NCBI RefSeq assembly: GCF_023055435.1
Contig: NW_025963890.1
Location: 42,346,001-42,410,000, forward strand
DNA length: 64,000 bases
Source of the DNA: Haliotis rufescens
Taxonomy: Eukaryota
Direction: 5' to 3'
In this document: one piece after another, positions 39,881 through 54,442 of the stretch
Numbering within the stretch: position 1 is the first letter of the stretch
Layout: every line of letters begins with the position of its first letter
Translations under genes and position numbers: made by a program
The notes under the pieces: generated by a model
What the model was told of the DNA's origin: nothing
What the model saw: the letters and a program-made list of their open reading frames with translations, nothing else
The model's database searches: none

Positions 39881-41547
39881 ATCCCAAGACGTCAACTTTG
39901 CAATTGCCTATCGTGCTTCAAGATCGTTGGCGGTCATAACGTCTACTGTCATACTTCACTACCGGTTGTTATGTGTTTCCAATTCGTTCATTATTATCAT
40001 ACAAGCATAACCAGAAAATAATCTCTCTCACAATTTTTGAAATTTTAAGTTATTTCCGATTATCCCCTACTTTTGGAAAGGGTGAATAGATGAAGTTTTT
40101 GCTTTCACACGATATCAAAGATATTTTTTAAAATAAAAGTATAAAATATAGTTCAGCTATTTTACTCCTAATTTCTTGTTTTCATTTATCGTACCTCGAT
40201 TTTGGAATGTCTGTTCAGGGCGGGTAGTCCATTCCTGAGAATTTGAATCCGCTGAAACATACAATTTTATCCCTAAGCACTGAGATAAGGATGATTCACT
40301 TAAGCCACGATCATCTAAAAGTCTGAAATGTTCTATCCGTTCTTTTCCGTTTTTACATTGCTAATTACCTCCGCAGAAGCAAGGATATATTCTACAATCT
40401 TAATGATTTATCGTATTTAGGGCGGCACAATATTTACAACTCATCCCTTTTGGAATATGCAGACAGGTTAGCTATTATATGACTCTCTGTGTGTTTTATG
40501 TATGTCTTATACAGGCACCTTTCTGCTTTGTATGTAAGTGCTACCCACCAGATGTTTTAGAAGCACATTTGTCATTGCAGACTCCACCACGCATACACTT
40601 GGGTGGACACGATCTGTCACAATCGTCTCCCAAAAACGTTTTGTTACTGCAGGATCTGGTGCAATTCCCATTTACAAATCGTCGTTCACATATGGGACAG
40701 GGAACAGTACAGTTGTCGCCCTTATATCCTGTTCTGCAACAATCACATGGCTGACTGTCTTTCTTAAAGGAAAGGCACAGATCGATTGGTGTAGTGCTGA
40801 GACCTGAAACTATAAGAGCAATCTCATGAAACAGACAGTTCTAAAGACGTTTCCTTGTATTGATTCCGTACATTGAGAGAAATATGTGTGCAGTGAAACA
40901 TAAGACATGCTACTTTCATCAGACAAAAACGACCAGCTTCGTTCCAGCCATGTCAAAGAGTCTGGCCAACCGATCCATTTCAGTTGATTCTTGCTTCACG
41001 AGATGGTTTTGTGGGGTATTTTTATCTGAGAATATGTAATATGTCATAATAATGAGAAAATATTACCCATTTCACTGAGCATTTACCTGACGACATAAAA
41101 CATTTATCGTAGAAATGTATACTCGGTTTGGTCACATACTTCAACGTGAACTATAAATATATACTAATGAAATACTCTCTTAGGAGTTCGGTAAAAATCG
41201 ATCAAACAATCGCTTTGATAAGTATTTCAGTTCTATCATAGAGTAACACATTTAATGTTGGTCTCGGGTTCCTAAATTCGCCCCTAGTACCATTCAACAT
41301 GTTCAATACTTCGTGGGTTTCATGAAATTGGACTACTTGCATCAATTCGGTTCATTAAACTGGTATGGTGTAACTAACCAATTTCAATTCACTATATGTT
41401 TTATGCTTAAACATATTGAAAAAGTCTTACATATACAGCACGCTGACAAGGCTATGGCAGCATGCGCGAGGGATGTCATTGCCACTGCATCTGGAACAGA
41501 TCATAAGAGATATGTTATTGAGCATGATATACCTATTGAGTACATAT

Positions 41548-42445
41548 AGGTTATCACGCGAGTGTGTTTGGGGATGGTAAATATCCTGCATTAGGAATAA
41601 ACATTGTATTTAGCGAGCTTTGGCGAGCTAAACACATAGTGTTTATTCCTAATACCGGATATTTACCATCCCCAAACACACAACCGTGATAACCTCTTTT
41701 TCATATAATGTCATTCTTTAATTCTGTGCTTTAAAATCGCTTTCCCTCTATCAAACATTACCGAAACATTGCGAGTTTTCCTGGAATGCGCGCATTAATA
41801 TTTATTACGTCACAGGGTAAGTGATGTGTCAGTCGGACAGTGACAGTAGCCAATATAGTTCCAACTGAAATCTGTTTCTTATACAGTGGCGAAGCAACAT
41901 ATACGCAAAACAACAATCGTTTTTAATTGCCTTTCGCGGCAATCCATCGGTCTGTCCGCTAGAGTAACTGCCCTTTGTCAAATGGAAGCTACTCTAACAC
42001 TAGTCTATGAGACGTCACGGCCACGTTCAGACGTTGTTGACAGTCGGCCTGTCCTGTCATAACGTTAAGAAGTGCAATCAGATGTACACACAGCGAAACA
42101 AGGTAACAATTCAAACATATTTTGGCCAAATCTAACTATTTTAATTTGTCGACAAGGTGCCAAATGCCTTAGCTACGTCACAGTTAGACACTGATTTTCA
42201 GTATATTTAGACTGTTCTTTTGATAACTATAGCAATTATCCCCGTAGTCTATTAAGATTCCCGATGGTTAATGCTGACTCGATCGCTGAATGACAAGGGC
42301 GATGCCATGTTTGTTTATTAACACTGAAAGTAGTCCCAACTTGACCTTTGATATTTGCATCTCTATCCGCATATGACCCAAACGGATATCATTTTTATCC
42401 GTTGGCTTTATCCTGCCGAGAAACCTACCCATTATATTATAAAAT
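41548..42445 (-). mobile_element. Second, inverted copy of the 1-kb hairpin element
   Basis: Reverse complement of 12400-13369; hairpin at 41548-41695. Confidence 0.85.
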
Positions 42446-42577
42446 GATGTATCCATCTCCAAATTATTTTTTATTTTATTTTTCGGAAACTAAGTACTTG
42501 TTTCCCGGGGTTATATAGGTTTGGATAGCTGTTTGTCTACCATCTGTGGTTCCACACTTTCATATGTAATGATAATA

Positions 42578-44054
42578 AACCGCTGGGCAAAATACACTTA
42601 TCAGTAGCTTTATAAAAAGAAAGGAAGATGTTAATTGTATGATGATTTTTCGAAGTCTGTACAAAATTGCAATGCTATATCTATAGTGCACTTGCCATAA
42701 GGCCGATCGAAAGAGACATGGGGTCAAAATTAAACAAAAAACAATAAGAGTCAAACAGTCCACTCAAAAGGTGCTCACAAAGTCAAATCATGTGACAATA
42801 CATGTCCTTAGTAGCGTGTGTGACCACCCCCAATACCAACGTGTCACGTGGATGTCGTCAATCGCCGGATGACGTCAGCAAGAATTCTGCGCCACTCATC
42901 CAATAAATCCTGTTCAAGCTGCTGTCAGTTTGCTCGGGGAGGTACGCATGCCCTCAGCCGTCGATCACGATAATCCCAGAGATGCTCTGTGGGATTCATG
43001 TCTGGAGAACAAGGCAATATGTTGACGTTAACGTTGTGCAGATATTGCTGAACAAGTGTGACGGTATGGGGTTGTGCATTGTCCTGCTCCAAAAAGGTAC
43101 CCCTTGGCTCTCCACGTAAGAATAGCACTACAAAAGGTCACAACACCTGATTTCAGTATCTTTGGCCAGTCAGATTCCCACGGATGATGACAAGCCTTGC
43201 TGTCCGCTGACCGCAAAAACCGCCCCACACCACACCGCCGCCGCCACCACAAAGGTGCAGATCTTGGATGCAGTTAGGTGCTTGTCACTCTCCCCTAGGT
43301 CGATAAACACGGACTCGTCCATCTTTTCGGAACAAGTTAACGCGTCTTTCATCTGTGAACAGCAATCTTTCCCAATCACGTCGCTGCCACCGACGTACAG
43401 TTCTTGCCCATTGTAATCTGCGTTGACGGTGTAGAAGGGTCAAGGCCATTCCATTGAAGGGTCGGTAAGCTCTGTTACCACTAATGCGGAGTCGTCGAAA
43501 GACTGTTCGTCTGCTGACCGCAGTTGACGTCGCAGTCACATATCGGTTCCGCAGGTGGGTTGTTCGGGGTGCAGCGGTCTTGACCTGGCTTTGTGATTCT
43601 TGGTCTTCCCGATCTTGGACGGTCTTGTGGCTGGCCTGTTTGCTGATAACGCCTCAACAAGTTGCTGATACTGGTTTGACTGCAGTTAAAGGTTTGTTTT
43701 TCAATCTGCCATTGAGATGCCCCCATATCGGCCATACCAATAGCTCTGTCACGTTCCTCTTGTGTGAGTCTCCTCATTTCTCTGATGTTCTTTTTGATGC
43801 TGTATCTTTGCTCTGCCCCACACCGGTATTTATGTAATAAGCATGCACGAATATGTTTAACAGTTCCCCAAAATCTTGTTATTCCAATTTTTCAAAACTG
43901 CATGAAATTCACTAAATCCTGCAAAAAGTGACTTTCATGTGTGCACAGGGTGTGTTTTGGTGAATATTTTCTGATAACGTTCTAACTTATCGCTCCGTCT
44001 TTAATTCAGATAAAACCTAATTTACAAGTGATAAGTTTATTTTGCCCGGTAGTT
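42578..44054 (-). mobile_element. Full-length defective Tc1 transposon (about 1.48 kb)
   Basis: Frameshifted transposase in ORFs 43481..43777 (HTH), 43285..43539 (LLFTDE) and 42925..43128 (QDNAQPH, SPDMNPTEHLW). Imperfect TIRs of about 25 bp (GGGCAAAATA.ACTTATCA) flanked by TA. Confidence 0.88.
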
Positions 44055-44779
44055 TAGAACAGTAATTGCCAGGCCGCATCTCAGAGGCGTTAGTCAGCCA
44101 ACCTGCCTATCCACGCTCCCAAGGTCAAGACCTTACAAATATAAAGTATACTACATTTAAACCCATGGCAAATTACTGTCAGACTGCCACGGATCGTTTT
44201 GCGATGTCTGTATGGTCAGCTTGTATTGTCCCACACCTCGTCCACAATGTCAGGCTTAATTGTCAAGCCGGCCATTCGCTATCTTGGTTCCTAATTCATT
44301 AACACCTGGTGTCAACACTCATTTTACGTCTTGCCTTTTGCATCCAATAGAGACTGTTTCGGTAAATAATCAAGCTGATTATTCTCTGACGTTGATGTTC
44401 TGTATTTGATAATCGGCAGCTGACCCGTACATGCTGCTGCCCGTAAAAATAATATCGCAGCTGGTGTGAACTAATTTGTATTGGCTGCACTGAGATTATT
44501 TAAATATATATATTTAACATACTTGACTCAGGAAATATTTAAAATTTATATAAAATCCCTGAGGTTACATAGTGTATTTTTTTTACTTGCATGGAATAGT
44601 GACTTATCATTACGAACTAGAGTGAGGAGGAATAATTTTTAAAATGGTGTCGGAAAATTATATTAACTGCTCTACCCATATATCAGCTTTTGTGGTAAAA
44701 TGAAATGTATTAACATCAACTTGTACGATGTACGATTCCGACAATATTATGGGCATGTACTTATAAATCATTATCAACT

Positions 44780-45530
44780 AGTGATGATACCAAGAGTTCG
44801 CAAAAAAATGAGCGTGACCTGCCCCACCGGTGGCACCAATCACAAACACATTTAAAGGCAAGTCAAATGTTCCCTTAAAAAACACGGGACTATATGGTAC
44901 AAGTCAAAATATATGTGCATCGGACATCAGTCTTGTCACTGATATGACCTCCACGCGTCAACTATAAAACATTTTGAAAGCTTTACTGAGGCCTTGATTG
45001 TTGTAACCTTGAACAAACAACTTCGGAGCAAGACTAGTATGGCTCTCTTTGAAATTTTGGTAGAAGAGGCAAGTTCGATTGAACCTCAAAAGTTGTGAAA
45101 TGTGGATACCAAAGGCTGGAGCTGCTGGAAAATTGCTCGACATGAAGGGCAAGTTGTCTATTGGAAAGTTGAATTCATTCTTTGTCACACAGTCTTGTGT
45201 TTTGTCACTCTGAATCCTTCTTCATAGATCTAAATATGAAATCGGTCTAACTAAGATGCTTCGGTCTAACTGGTCTCCTATATTTCTAGTTCAGATGGGT
45301 AAATCAGTGGAAGGGAATTGTCTATATTATTGGGATTGAACGATATCAGATCATCGATATACCTGAAGCTTAAGTTAAACTTCTTGGCCAAATTACCTTG
45401 TGTTGACTGCCAATTCGAGCTGAAATTCAGATTCATATGCATCAAGAAACAGATCAGCAAGATGTGGAGCACAGTTAGTCCCCATGATGGGGGATGCCTA
45501 AATTCTTGGAATGACTTTAGCTGAAGTCAT
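44780..45530 (-). mobile_element. Penelope-like reverse transcriptase relic
   Basis: MGTNCAPHLADLF, FRYIDDLISFN..IYPSELEI, NFPIDNLPFMSSNFPAAPAFGIHISQLLRF. Confidence 0.85.
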
Positions 45531-47928
45531 CACCAAAATAATATACATGATATAACATGTGGTTCACAGACACAAGGATATTGTAAATAATTGTATGAAC
45601 CAATTAAGTGTATTGATAATGCTAACATCCCACAGGCGGTATACAAAATTAGTTTGGAGGAGTCGCATCCCTTCCGCTGGAATCATTGAAAATTCGCTTT
45701 TTAACTGTCGCTGTTGTGTAACTGCAACTGTGTGTTAACCTGGGTGGCTGTCTTTTCGCAACTGTCAGCGGTAACCCGTTTACATTGTAAATTATGAATG
45801 AGTTAAAGTAAAGTGTATTGTTATGTTAATGTCGCGGTATACAATATACAACAGGAGACGTTTCCTCCCTTCCTTTAACTTGCAATGCTGCACTTGATTC
45901 AAGTTGATACACATTCAAGAATCTTACTTTATCTTGTGGATACAAAATACATCCACTTGAGACTGGAGTTCAAGTATATATTGAAATATTAGGCAGATGA
46001 CTTTATACGGCCTTACTGTTGAAATAATAATTTTTAGTCATCATAAAACTTTAAAATATCTTCACATCTTAGATATTTAACTATGCAAAATGCATATGAT
46101 TGAATATGTTTTGTTAAAGTGAAATTTCAATTACTTTTTATAATTCATTTATTATTTGCTATTAGTTTTGGGATATAAACTGTAAATTGGATAGAAGTTT
46201 GATAGATTAATGTCTGGTAGCGGTGTAGAATTACTTTCATAACTTAACTAAGACACTGTGAAATCTTATTATACTCAATATTTGGGACTAAAGACGAGTT
46301 GAACATATCAGAATATATCTAATGGAAAGCAACTGCTGCTTAGCTTCAATTGCTTTCCTGGGTACCTATTATCCTAACCCTACAAAAATGACTTTTAATA
46401 CTTCTAGCCAAGGGTTATGATTTTTCTTTAATTTCGAGACAGGGATTACGGGCAGATGTTTTAACTATCTATTAATATCAAATTGGAGGAGACATAACAT
46501 AATAGGGTACGAAAAGTAAAAACATCAGTTTTATCAACATCAGTATATGTGTTAAATGTTAATGTTAAAATCAAATGTTAAAAGATGGTTTAAGATATAT
46601 TTCTCTCAGGATTTTTGTGTGTAGAATCCTCACAGTTACAAAAAAAATCTGTAGGAATTATTGGTTTATTCAAGAATGAAGACAATACCATTTGGAAACT
46701 TTTTAGATATCTGGTCTGGTGTAGGACACATAACACAGATCATATCCCCATCAGTGAGATGTATAACAGCCATGTTTCTGACCATCACTTTTCAAAACAA
46801 AAGTTTCTATAAATAAAAGTGTTTTACAACGCAGACCAGTGTTTTAGGGATACATGAATACAAACTTCAAATGGTTGACATCCTTAAACCATTCTGACAC
46901 ATTGCCCGTACTGCAAAGCATACAAATATTTATCTCTATTACGATATACAATGATACACGTCTAACTAGTTGTAGTTACCATATCTCCTCATCGATTCAT
47001 CATAACATTTTTCTAAAATCTTCATACCAATCTCTTCTTCATTCGCACCTCCAAATACGTATACTTCTATTCGTAGAAAGTGAATTTTGAAGTGGCATTC
47101 GAGATGTTTTGGAAAATCAAAATTGACACCGCCGGTTTTGTTTTTGGATTTAGAATCTTTTCAAAGTTCAAATCGACGATTGAACAAACACGTATTTGGA
47201 GGTAATTGTTTAAGGAAGAGATTTCAAAAACATTTTGTGGACAATCGGAGATGTAGAAGTTTGCTGTGTTTCCTGCAGCGCACATTAGCACACATATCTA
47301 ATGGGAGTGTCCGTAGCCTTGAAATACAGAAACACTCATATTAATGGGTGAACGGATGATGAAATATAGTGATCACGGCTAACTGCTAACAGTGGATTGA
47401 GAGGACGTAACTTGAAAGGAATATAAGTCAAACTCACCTTGGACTTCAGTCCCGTTTACGCAGCAGTCAACACTTGCCAGTTAAAATCAAATATATAGTC
47501 ACAATTTCGTTTTCAACAATGTTCGAACGAACATCAACTTTCATTGCCTCAAAATGACGGAAACGGAAGTCGCATCACGGAGCAAAATCTCCTCTGTTAC
47601 AGGGTTCGTGGAAAAGGATATATTGTTGTGACAGAAAAAATAACGTTGCATTAATGTCTGAAATACTAGTGACCTTTTCGATTTGAATTATAATCATCAC
47701 GTTTTAGTAGAGTACATATAACTTCTTGACTGCGGGCCTCGCGTTCTTTAGCTGATACTTCCGTGTACTGGAACATTCCATAGTTCGATATGTCTTGTTG
47801 ATGTTGGAGGAATACGTTTGAAACAGGTTACATGTAGTAGAGCGTGACAACCATACCTGCTTGTTACACCTGGTGTTTTATTATATGGGATGTGATGTCA
47901 CGAACCGCCTTCTCTCATACACAGAGAA

Positions 47929-48098
47929 GGGGCGGTCGGGTAGCCCAGTGGTTAAAGCGTTCGCTCGTCACGCCGAAGACCCGGGTTCGATTCCCGACAT
48001 GGGTACAATGTGTGAAGCCCATTTCTGGTGTCCCCCGCCGTGATATTGCTGGAATATTGCTAAAAGCGGCGTAAAACCATACTCAGTCAGTCAGTCAG
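47929..48098 (+). mobile_element. SINE family 1, young insertion
   Basis: TSD TCATACACAGAGA at 47915 and 48099; empty site at about 15395-15410. Confidence 0.93.
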
Positions 48099-49959
48099 TC
48101 ATACACAGAGAGATAGGTGATGCATTAAAGACTCACCACATTAAATAAAACATACATATTTTACACACAAGAAGATAGCAAATTGTATGAGCCACCCGCT
48201 TAAATAATTAAATGAATACATTATTATTATTAAAACATTGATAAAGAGAATGATACACCAAACGCATTAAAATACATCTATTTGACACGATACATTAGCC
48301 ATTATCTAAAATACATTTTCAGTTTTTGGCAATGGAGAACAATATTTCTTGGCAGGAAACAATAAAACACATTTTCTCCACATCATTAAAATAAGTATTG
48401 CACCGTTCCCTACATTTCTCTAATAGTCTAGGGGTATAACAAAACATGACACTCATCTTCAACAGCATCTTTACAACTTAAACACTTCCATGAAGTGGAT
48501 TTAGTATATCCACGTACAAATTACATTCAGTTGAGATGGAATATATTGTCATCTATAAGCATTTACATTTATACCGTCTTACTGCTGAAATGACAATCCT
48601 GAGTCACTAAAAAGTACAAATTTATCTTCACAGCATTCAGAAGAAGTTTACGGCAGATTTTTATTTTTATATCTTAGATATTCAGCTGTCTTTATACACA
48701 TTTTAGAGTATGTTTAGACAAAGTGACATTTTAATAGCATGTAGTCAATCATTTCTGATGTCGTTACACTTTTGTTTGGTATCAGATGTCCTGGCGAAAC
48801 TATAAATTTAACAAAATAAAAGCTATCTTGGTAGATTAATGCCTGGTAGCTGTGTAGAAATAATTATACCTTGGATCAGACATTGTGAAATCTTTGAGGT
48901 CCATATCCTGAAGCTTCATACAAAGCTAAACAACCTTTGGGAGATAAACACCATAAAACGTTGCACATATTAGAATATATCAAAACAACATAAACATAAG
49001 TTTTATCAACAGTTGTCTATGTGTTTTCTAGCAAATACAAATGTTGAAAAGGGGTTTAATAAATATATTTCAAATAGTGACGAACTCATATTCAGGAGAC
49101 GTTTTTAATAGAATCACATACTATAGTCAAAGTTAGAATTTGGAAACGGTTTAGATACCTTGGCTGTAGGAAACACAACACATACCATATCCCTATCGGC
49201 CTTACATAATATAACAGCAATGTTTCTGACCATATAGAGATTTTTCTGAACAAAAATTTCTATAAAAAAGTGTTTGACAAGAAAGTATTATATGTAAGGC
49301 ATATATGAATACCAACAAAAAAACGTTTGACTTCCTTAAACAATATCAACCACATTCATTGAGAACTATTCGTTTCAATTAGGATATATTTCAAAATTAA
49401 CATTTAACTAGCTGCAGTTACAATACTCCCTCACCCCTTCATTGTAAAATATGTCTAAAATCTACATTCCAATACGTATACTTCTATTCGTAGAAATATG
49501 TCGTTATGTGTTGTTGTTGTTAGGGGATTATGTTTAAAACAGGTCACAGATACTATGGAGTGACACGCTCAGCCGCTTCTCGCATACGATGCCTTTATCA
49601 TGTGGCCTGTTATGTCACGGAACTCCTTCCGTCATACACATCCAGCTTTATCATATAATACATACATATTTTAGACATAAGAACATAACAAAATGTATAA
49701 GTGATACGTTTAGGGTTATGAGACACCATCTATACAGTAAATAAATACGACATTATTATTAAAACATTCATAAATAGAATAATGCAGCAAAAGCATTAAA
49801 ATACATGACATAAAACATACATAAAACATTTTCCATTATCTAAAATTCATTTGGTGTTTTGGCAGTTAAGAACAAGATGTCTTGCCTGGACAGGATAAAA
49901 CAGATATTCTCCACATCATTAAGAAAATAGGGAAAACTATAGTCCCTTTCTGTGCATTA

Positions 49960-49961
<2 letters not shown>

Positions 49962-50029
<68 letters not shown>
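49962..50029 (+). repeat. (GT)n microsatellite
   Basis: Direct reading; corresponds to the N gap 16758-16922 in duplication copy 1. Confidence 0.97.
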
Positions 50030-50034
<5 letters not shown>

Positions 50035-52099
50035 GTATCTTTGAGTGCCCTCTTGGATTCCAGTTTCTCTTGTTAATAACAGGACACTTGTTTGTCCAAA
50101 TTAAATAAAATGTGAGAGTCTATGTTGTGGTAAAACGGATAATTGTTTGTAACAACACTTTCCACTGACCAAGGGGATGGGCTCTATCCCGATCGTTGGG
50201 TATATGTTCTAAATCCAATAACATTGCATAGCTCTGTTATGAACTGTGAGGTAGTCGGCAAGGTGCTCTGTCAGGTGTCTTTTAGACTAGGATTGTGGAC
50301 TGTAATTGTCCACCACATCCATTCGAAAATCCAAACCTTTAGATTTGGATACAATAACACACATTTTAATGTTGATACACCAGCAGTTAAGAGAGAGTCA
50401 AGCAGTTAATTCAAAGCACTGGTAAAATGTCATCAGCATTAGCTAAAATACCAATAATTGATTATCTACGTTAACAATCAAATCGTTGATAAACAGATTG
50501 AACAATAGGGGTGATAGGAGGCATCCTTGGCGTAATCAACACTTGAAACCAAACCATGAAGTTGAAGCATCATTAAACTATATCAGCTTTTGTAGCTAAA
50601 AATACTTTAATTAAATCCAACTTATGCACCAAGATGAATGAAACTAACTATTCTAATGCACGTTTAAACTTACAACAGGTATAGCGAAGTAAAAAAATGT
50701 AACTAGTATTGACCAAAAAGTCTTTTCGAGGGAACATATTCAATGCATACTATAAATATTCTTGATGTCACGTTTTCTTACAGAAGAAAAAATCATTTGA
50801 AGTGAATAGGCATGACATACCATCCAGTTTAAAGATATATATTCAAACAAATTTCATTTCACAAATGAGAAGGATAAAGGATATGCTTTGTTGGAAATAC
50901 CCTCAAACATTTTCAGTGAATTATTCAAATGAAACTCTAACCAGACTGCAAGCGCCTAATGGGCACAGCAGGAATACATTACACTTAAGGTCACCGATAC
51001 AGGAATAGAACTGTAGTTTGTAGATTATGTAGACACAAGCATAGGTTTTACATGTACGAATAATCACTGTCAATAGTTATAAATTATGTGGTACTGTGTT
51101 GGAATAACTATAGTTGAAGTCATCAACAAAATAGTAAAACGTGTGGTTCGTAATCACAGGGATATTGTAAATAACAACATGAATGAATTAAGTGTATTGA
51201 TAATGTTAACATCTCACAGGTATAGAATATTAGGTTGGAGGAGTTGCCTCCCTTCCATTTGAACCTGTGGACATATGCTGGTTACCAGTGACTGTTCTGT
51301 CCCAACACAGGCTGTGTGTTACGATGGGTGGTTGTCTTTTCGCAATTGTGAACGGGTACAAGTTTACATTGTAAATTGTGAATGAATCACGGTAAAGTGT
51401 TTAGTTTTGTTGACGTCCGGTATACAATATGGAGGAGGTACCTTAGCATGTGCAGTCAGGGGTTCAGGTATATATTATAATCTTAAAGAAGCATATCAAT
51501 GTATATAGGGCAAAACTGCTGAAATGACAATTTTGAGTCATAATAATACTTATATGTATCTTCACAGCATTCAGACTAAGAAGCTTACCACATATTTTAG
51601 TTAAATATCTTAGATATTTAACTTTTCTAAATGCATATGATACATTTTAATAAGTTTTAATAATTCATTGCTGATGTAGATACACTTATTGTATGCAGTA
51701 AGATGTCGGGGCTAAACTGTAAATGTGACGAAATTAAAGTTGGTTTGATAGATTAAGAAAACATAAGATATAATAAAGCCTTATTATTTGGTTTACAACG
51801 TAAGGTTATCAGTTAAACAATTTACAATATGTATGCCAGAAGTTAAGAGAACAATAACACACACACATATACGCACACATACTCACGCACNNNNNNNNNN
51901 NNNNNNNNNNNNNNNNNNNNNNNNNNNNNNNNNNNNNNNNNNNNNNNNNNNNNNNNNNNNNNNNNNNNNNNNNNNNNNNNNNNNNNNNNNNNNNNNNNNN
52001 NNNNNNNNNNNNNNNNNNNNNNNNNNNNNNNNNNNNNTCGAAAATAACTTTCCAAAACTGGACGTGTAGCAGCGTCTCGGAAAACAGACGCTTGTAGCA

Positions 52100-52240
52100 G
52101 TGAGTGAGTGAGTGAGTGAGTGAGTGAGTGAGTATGGTTTTACGCTACTTTTAGCAATTTTTCAGCAATATCTCGGCGGGGGACACCAGAAATGGGCTTT
52201 TCACATTGTGCCCATGTGGGGAATCGAACCAGGGTCTTCT
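52100..52240 (-). mobile_element. SINE family 1, truncated, with long (GTGA)n
   Basis: Counterpart of 18998-19121. Confidence 0.8.
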
Positions 52241-53945
52241 GGGCTAAATTACAACTGACTTGTATAAAAGGCAACGTGCATAATGCTATAATAATTGAGA
52301 AGTGTTGGCAAGTGTTGTGTGAGGATTAATCTGCTTCATGGTTTGATGTCAAGTGTGGATTACGCCAAGGATGCCTCCTGTCATACCTGTCATTCAATCT
52401 GCTCATCAATGATTTGATTGTTCCTATCAAAGAATTATCTGTGGGCGTTAACAATGATAATCAATGTTTTAGTGTAGCTGATGCAATCATACTTTTAGCA
52501 GAAAATGCCCGTGATTTGACACTCTGAACTGCTGGTGTATCAACAACTATTCGGAGGAAACACCGTCCTTTGTACAGAGTTTGTGATGGCGAGCCAAGCC
52601 AGGAGATGAATCTACGTATTGAACTTAGACATAGTGTTCTGTTCTATCCTTACCCAAAATGTAACAATAAATTCAACAAACCTTTTTCTTCTCTTACACA
52701 GGATTGATGTATAATAGTCAGGACACTAATTTCTAGGGCATATATAATATAATATCTGATTTACACGCACCGTTTACACATGTGTACAATTGTTTGTTGT
52801 TAAACTACACACTCAGCAATAGTCTAGCCATTTGACAGTAGTATGTAGTGAGTGAGTGAGTTGGGTTTCACGCCGCTTTTAACAGTATTCCAGTTATAGC
52901 ACGGCGTGTCAGCTTAATGTGGGAGGAAAGCCTGAAGTGATGCAGGTCTCAGACGTTTACTACTTCGGTGAATGTCTGGTGGTATGTCTACAAATTTGAT
53001 CAAATGCATATGTTTGTAAACATGTAACATGAATGAACTTGGTACAATTGCGACATTTACATCAAGTCTAGATGTATTTTGCTATAATAATTGAGAAGTG
53101 TTGGCAAGTGTTGTGTGAGGATTGATCTGCTCCATGGTTTGATGTCGAGTGTGGATTACGCCAAGGATGCCTCCTGTCATACCTGTCTTTCAATCTGCTC
53201 ATCAGTGATTGCTGAGGTTCATTTTGACAATTTTGTAAATACACAAAGAATTATTTCCACCTTCTCTGATAGGCGCGGGACACAAGGTACATGTATCCTT
53301 ACTTACATGTGTTCGTTACAATGCATGGCAAGGAAGAGGGAAGGTGAAACCTGTTCAGCAGAACACAATGCGGTCACTTCCGTGTCAAACGTACTTTAGT
53401 TTCTCACATTTGCCGCTACACATTGGTAAGTCACATGTGCTTTGTATGGAGCCCGTCAGAGTCATACTCGGGTAGAACAGGTAGAACAAGAACCGACAAA
53501 TGAGCATCGGGTGATTTCCGGGGTTTTATTCAGTTTTACAATCGATTTTGTATGTGTTTGTGACGGATGGCACCAGTATGGCAGGGTACGTAACTTTTTC
53601 GCCTGGTATCGTCACTATTTATGATATGATTTAGTCGGAAACGTACAAAGGAATCTGTTTTGGCAGATGTTTCCTTTGATAATGAAAGGGTTTTGTCGCT
53701 TATAGTTAAAGTATGATCTGGCTGAGTTTATGTCTGTGTGCAATATTACTTATGGTAGGGTTATGCAAAATTCACTCTCTCGGTCACTTCAGTAGCCAAA
53801 TTTTGATACATAATGCAAATATTATCGTAGTATTGAATACTTCCTGAGAATTCTAATTTTAATTTCATATTCTTTAATTCTGTTTATGTGTTCGTTAAAG
53901 TGCCATATGCACACAACAACTTTGTTTCATATATTATGATAAAAT

Positions 53946-54225
53946 AGTGAGTGAGTGAGTTGGGTTTAACGCCGCTTTTAACATCATTCCAGTTATATCG
54001 CGGCTTGTCAGCCTAATGTGGGAGGAAAGCCCGAAGTGATGCAGGTCTCAGACGTTTACCACTTCGGTGAAACCCACGAGCACGGGTATGGTGCTGACAA
54101 ACCTAGAAACATAATCGGGGCGAACCGGGATTCGAACCCACACTCATAGGTTTCTGGCGTGTCCAAGGGACGCAACTCTGCACAGCGAATCGCGGCGCCT
54201 TAGGCGACTGAGCCACCCGTGCCCC
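53946..54225 (-). mobile_element. SINE family 2
   Basis: Counterpart of 21053-21334. Confidence 0.9.
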
Positions 54226-54442
54226 TCTAACATCAAAATAGGACTATACAATACTTAAACTCGCTTTAATGTGAATTGATACACAGTCGAAGTACATGTG
54301 GATCATGTACGGTCCTCTACCTATTTGTATTAAGTGAATAGAGATTTGTATCAAACCATCATGGTTAGTGAGGGAATTGGTAATATTTCAGTTTAATCAC
54401 ATCGTGTCAGCTTGATTAAGGTCTTAGTCTATAACTGCTGAG

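Larger units (their letters stand above)
36551..40951 (-). pseudogene. Gene D: short-EGF + TM receptor with decayed NACHT-like intracellular exon; exons about 40951.. (signal-like, disrupted), 40803..40549, 39038..38921, 38216..36551
   Basis: 40803..40549 is an open 255-nt AG/GT-bounded phase 1-1 exon (CDCCRTGYKGDNCTVPCPIC...FLGDDCDRSCPPKC). 39038..38921 is an open phase 1-2 exon with a hydrophobic stretch (LTGIFVLIAVAVS). The next exon has several stops and frameshifts but reads FAYKWAQK, SVLFVL/FLTDG, VCRPF and GFVAHWY in NACHT order, and ends at GAG|gtaagt. Confidence 0.6.

Noticed and set aside
40479-40807. Plus-strand ORFs 40479..40754 and 40538..40807
   Set aside because: Antisense shadows of the minus-strand EGF exon of gene D.
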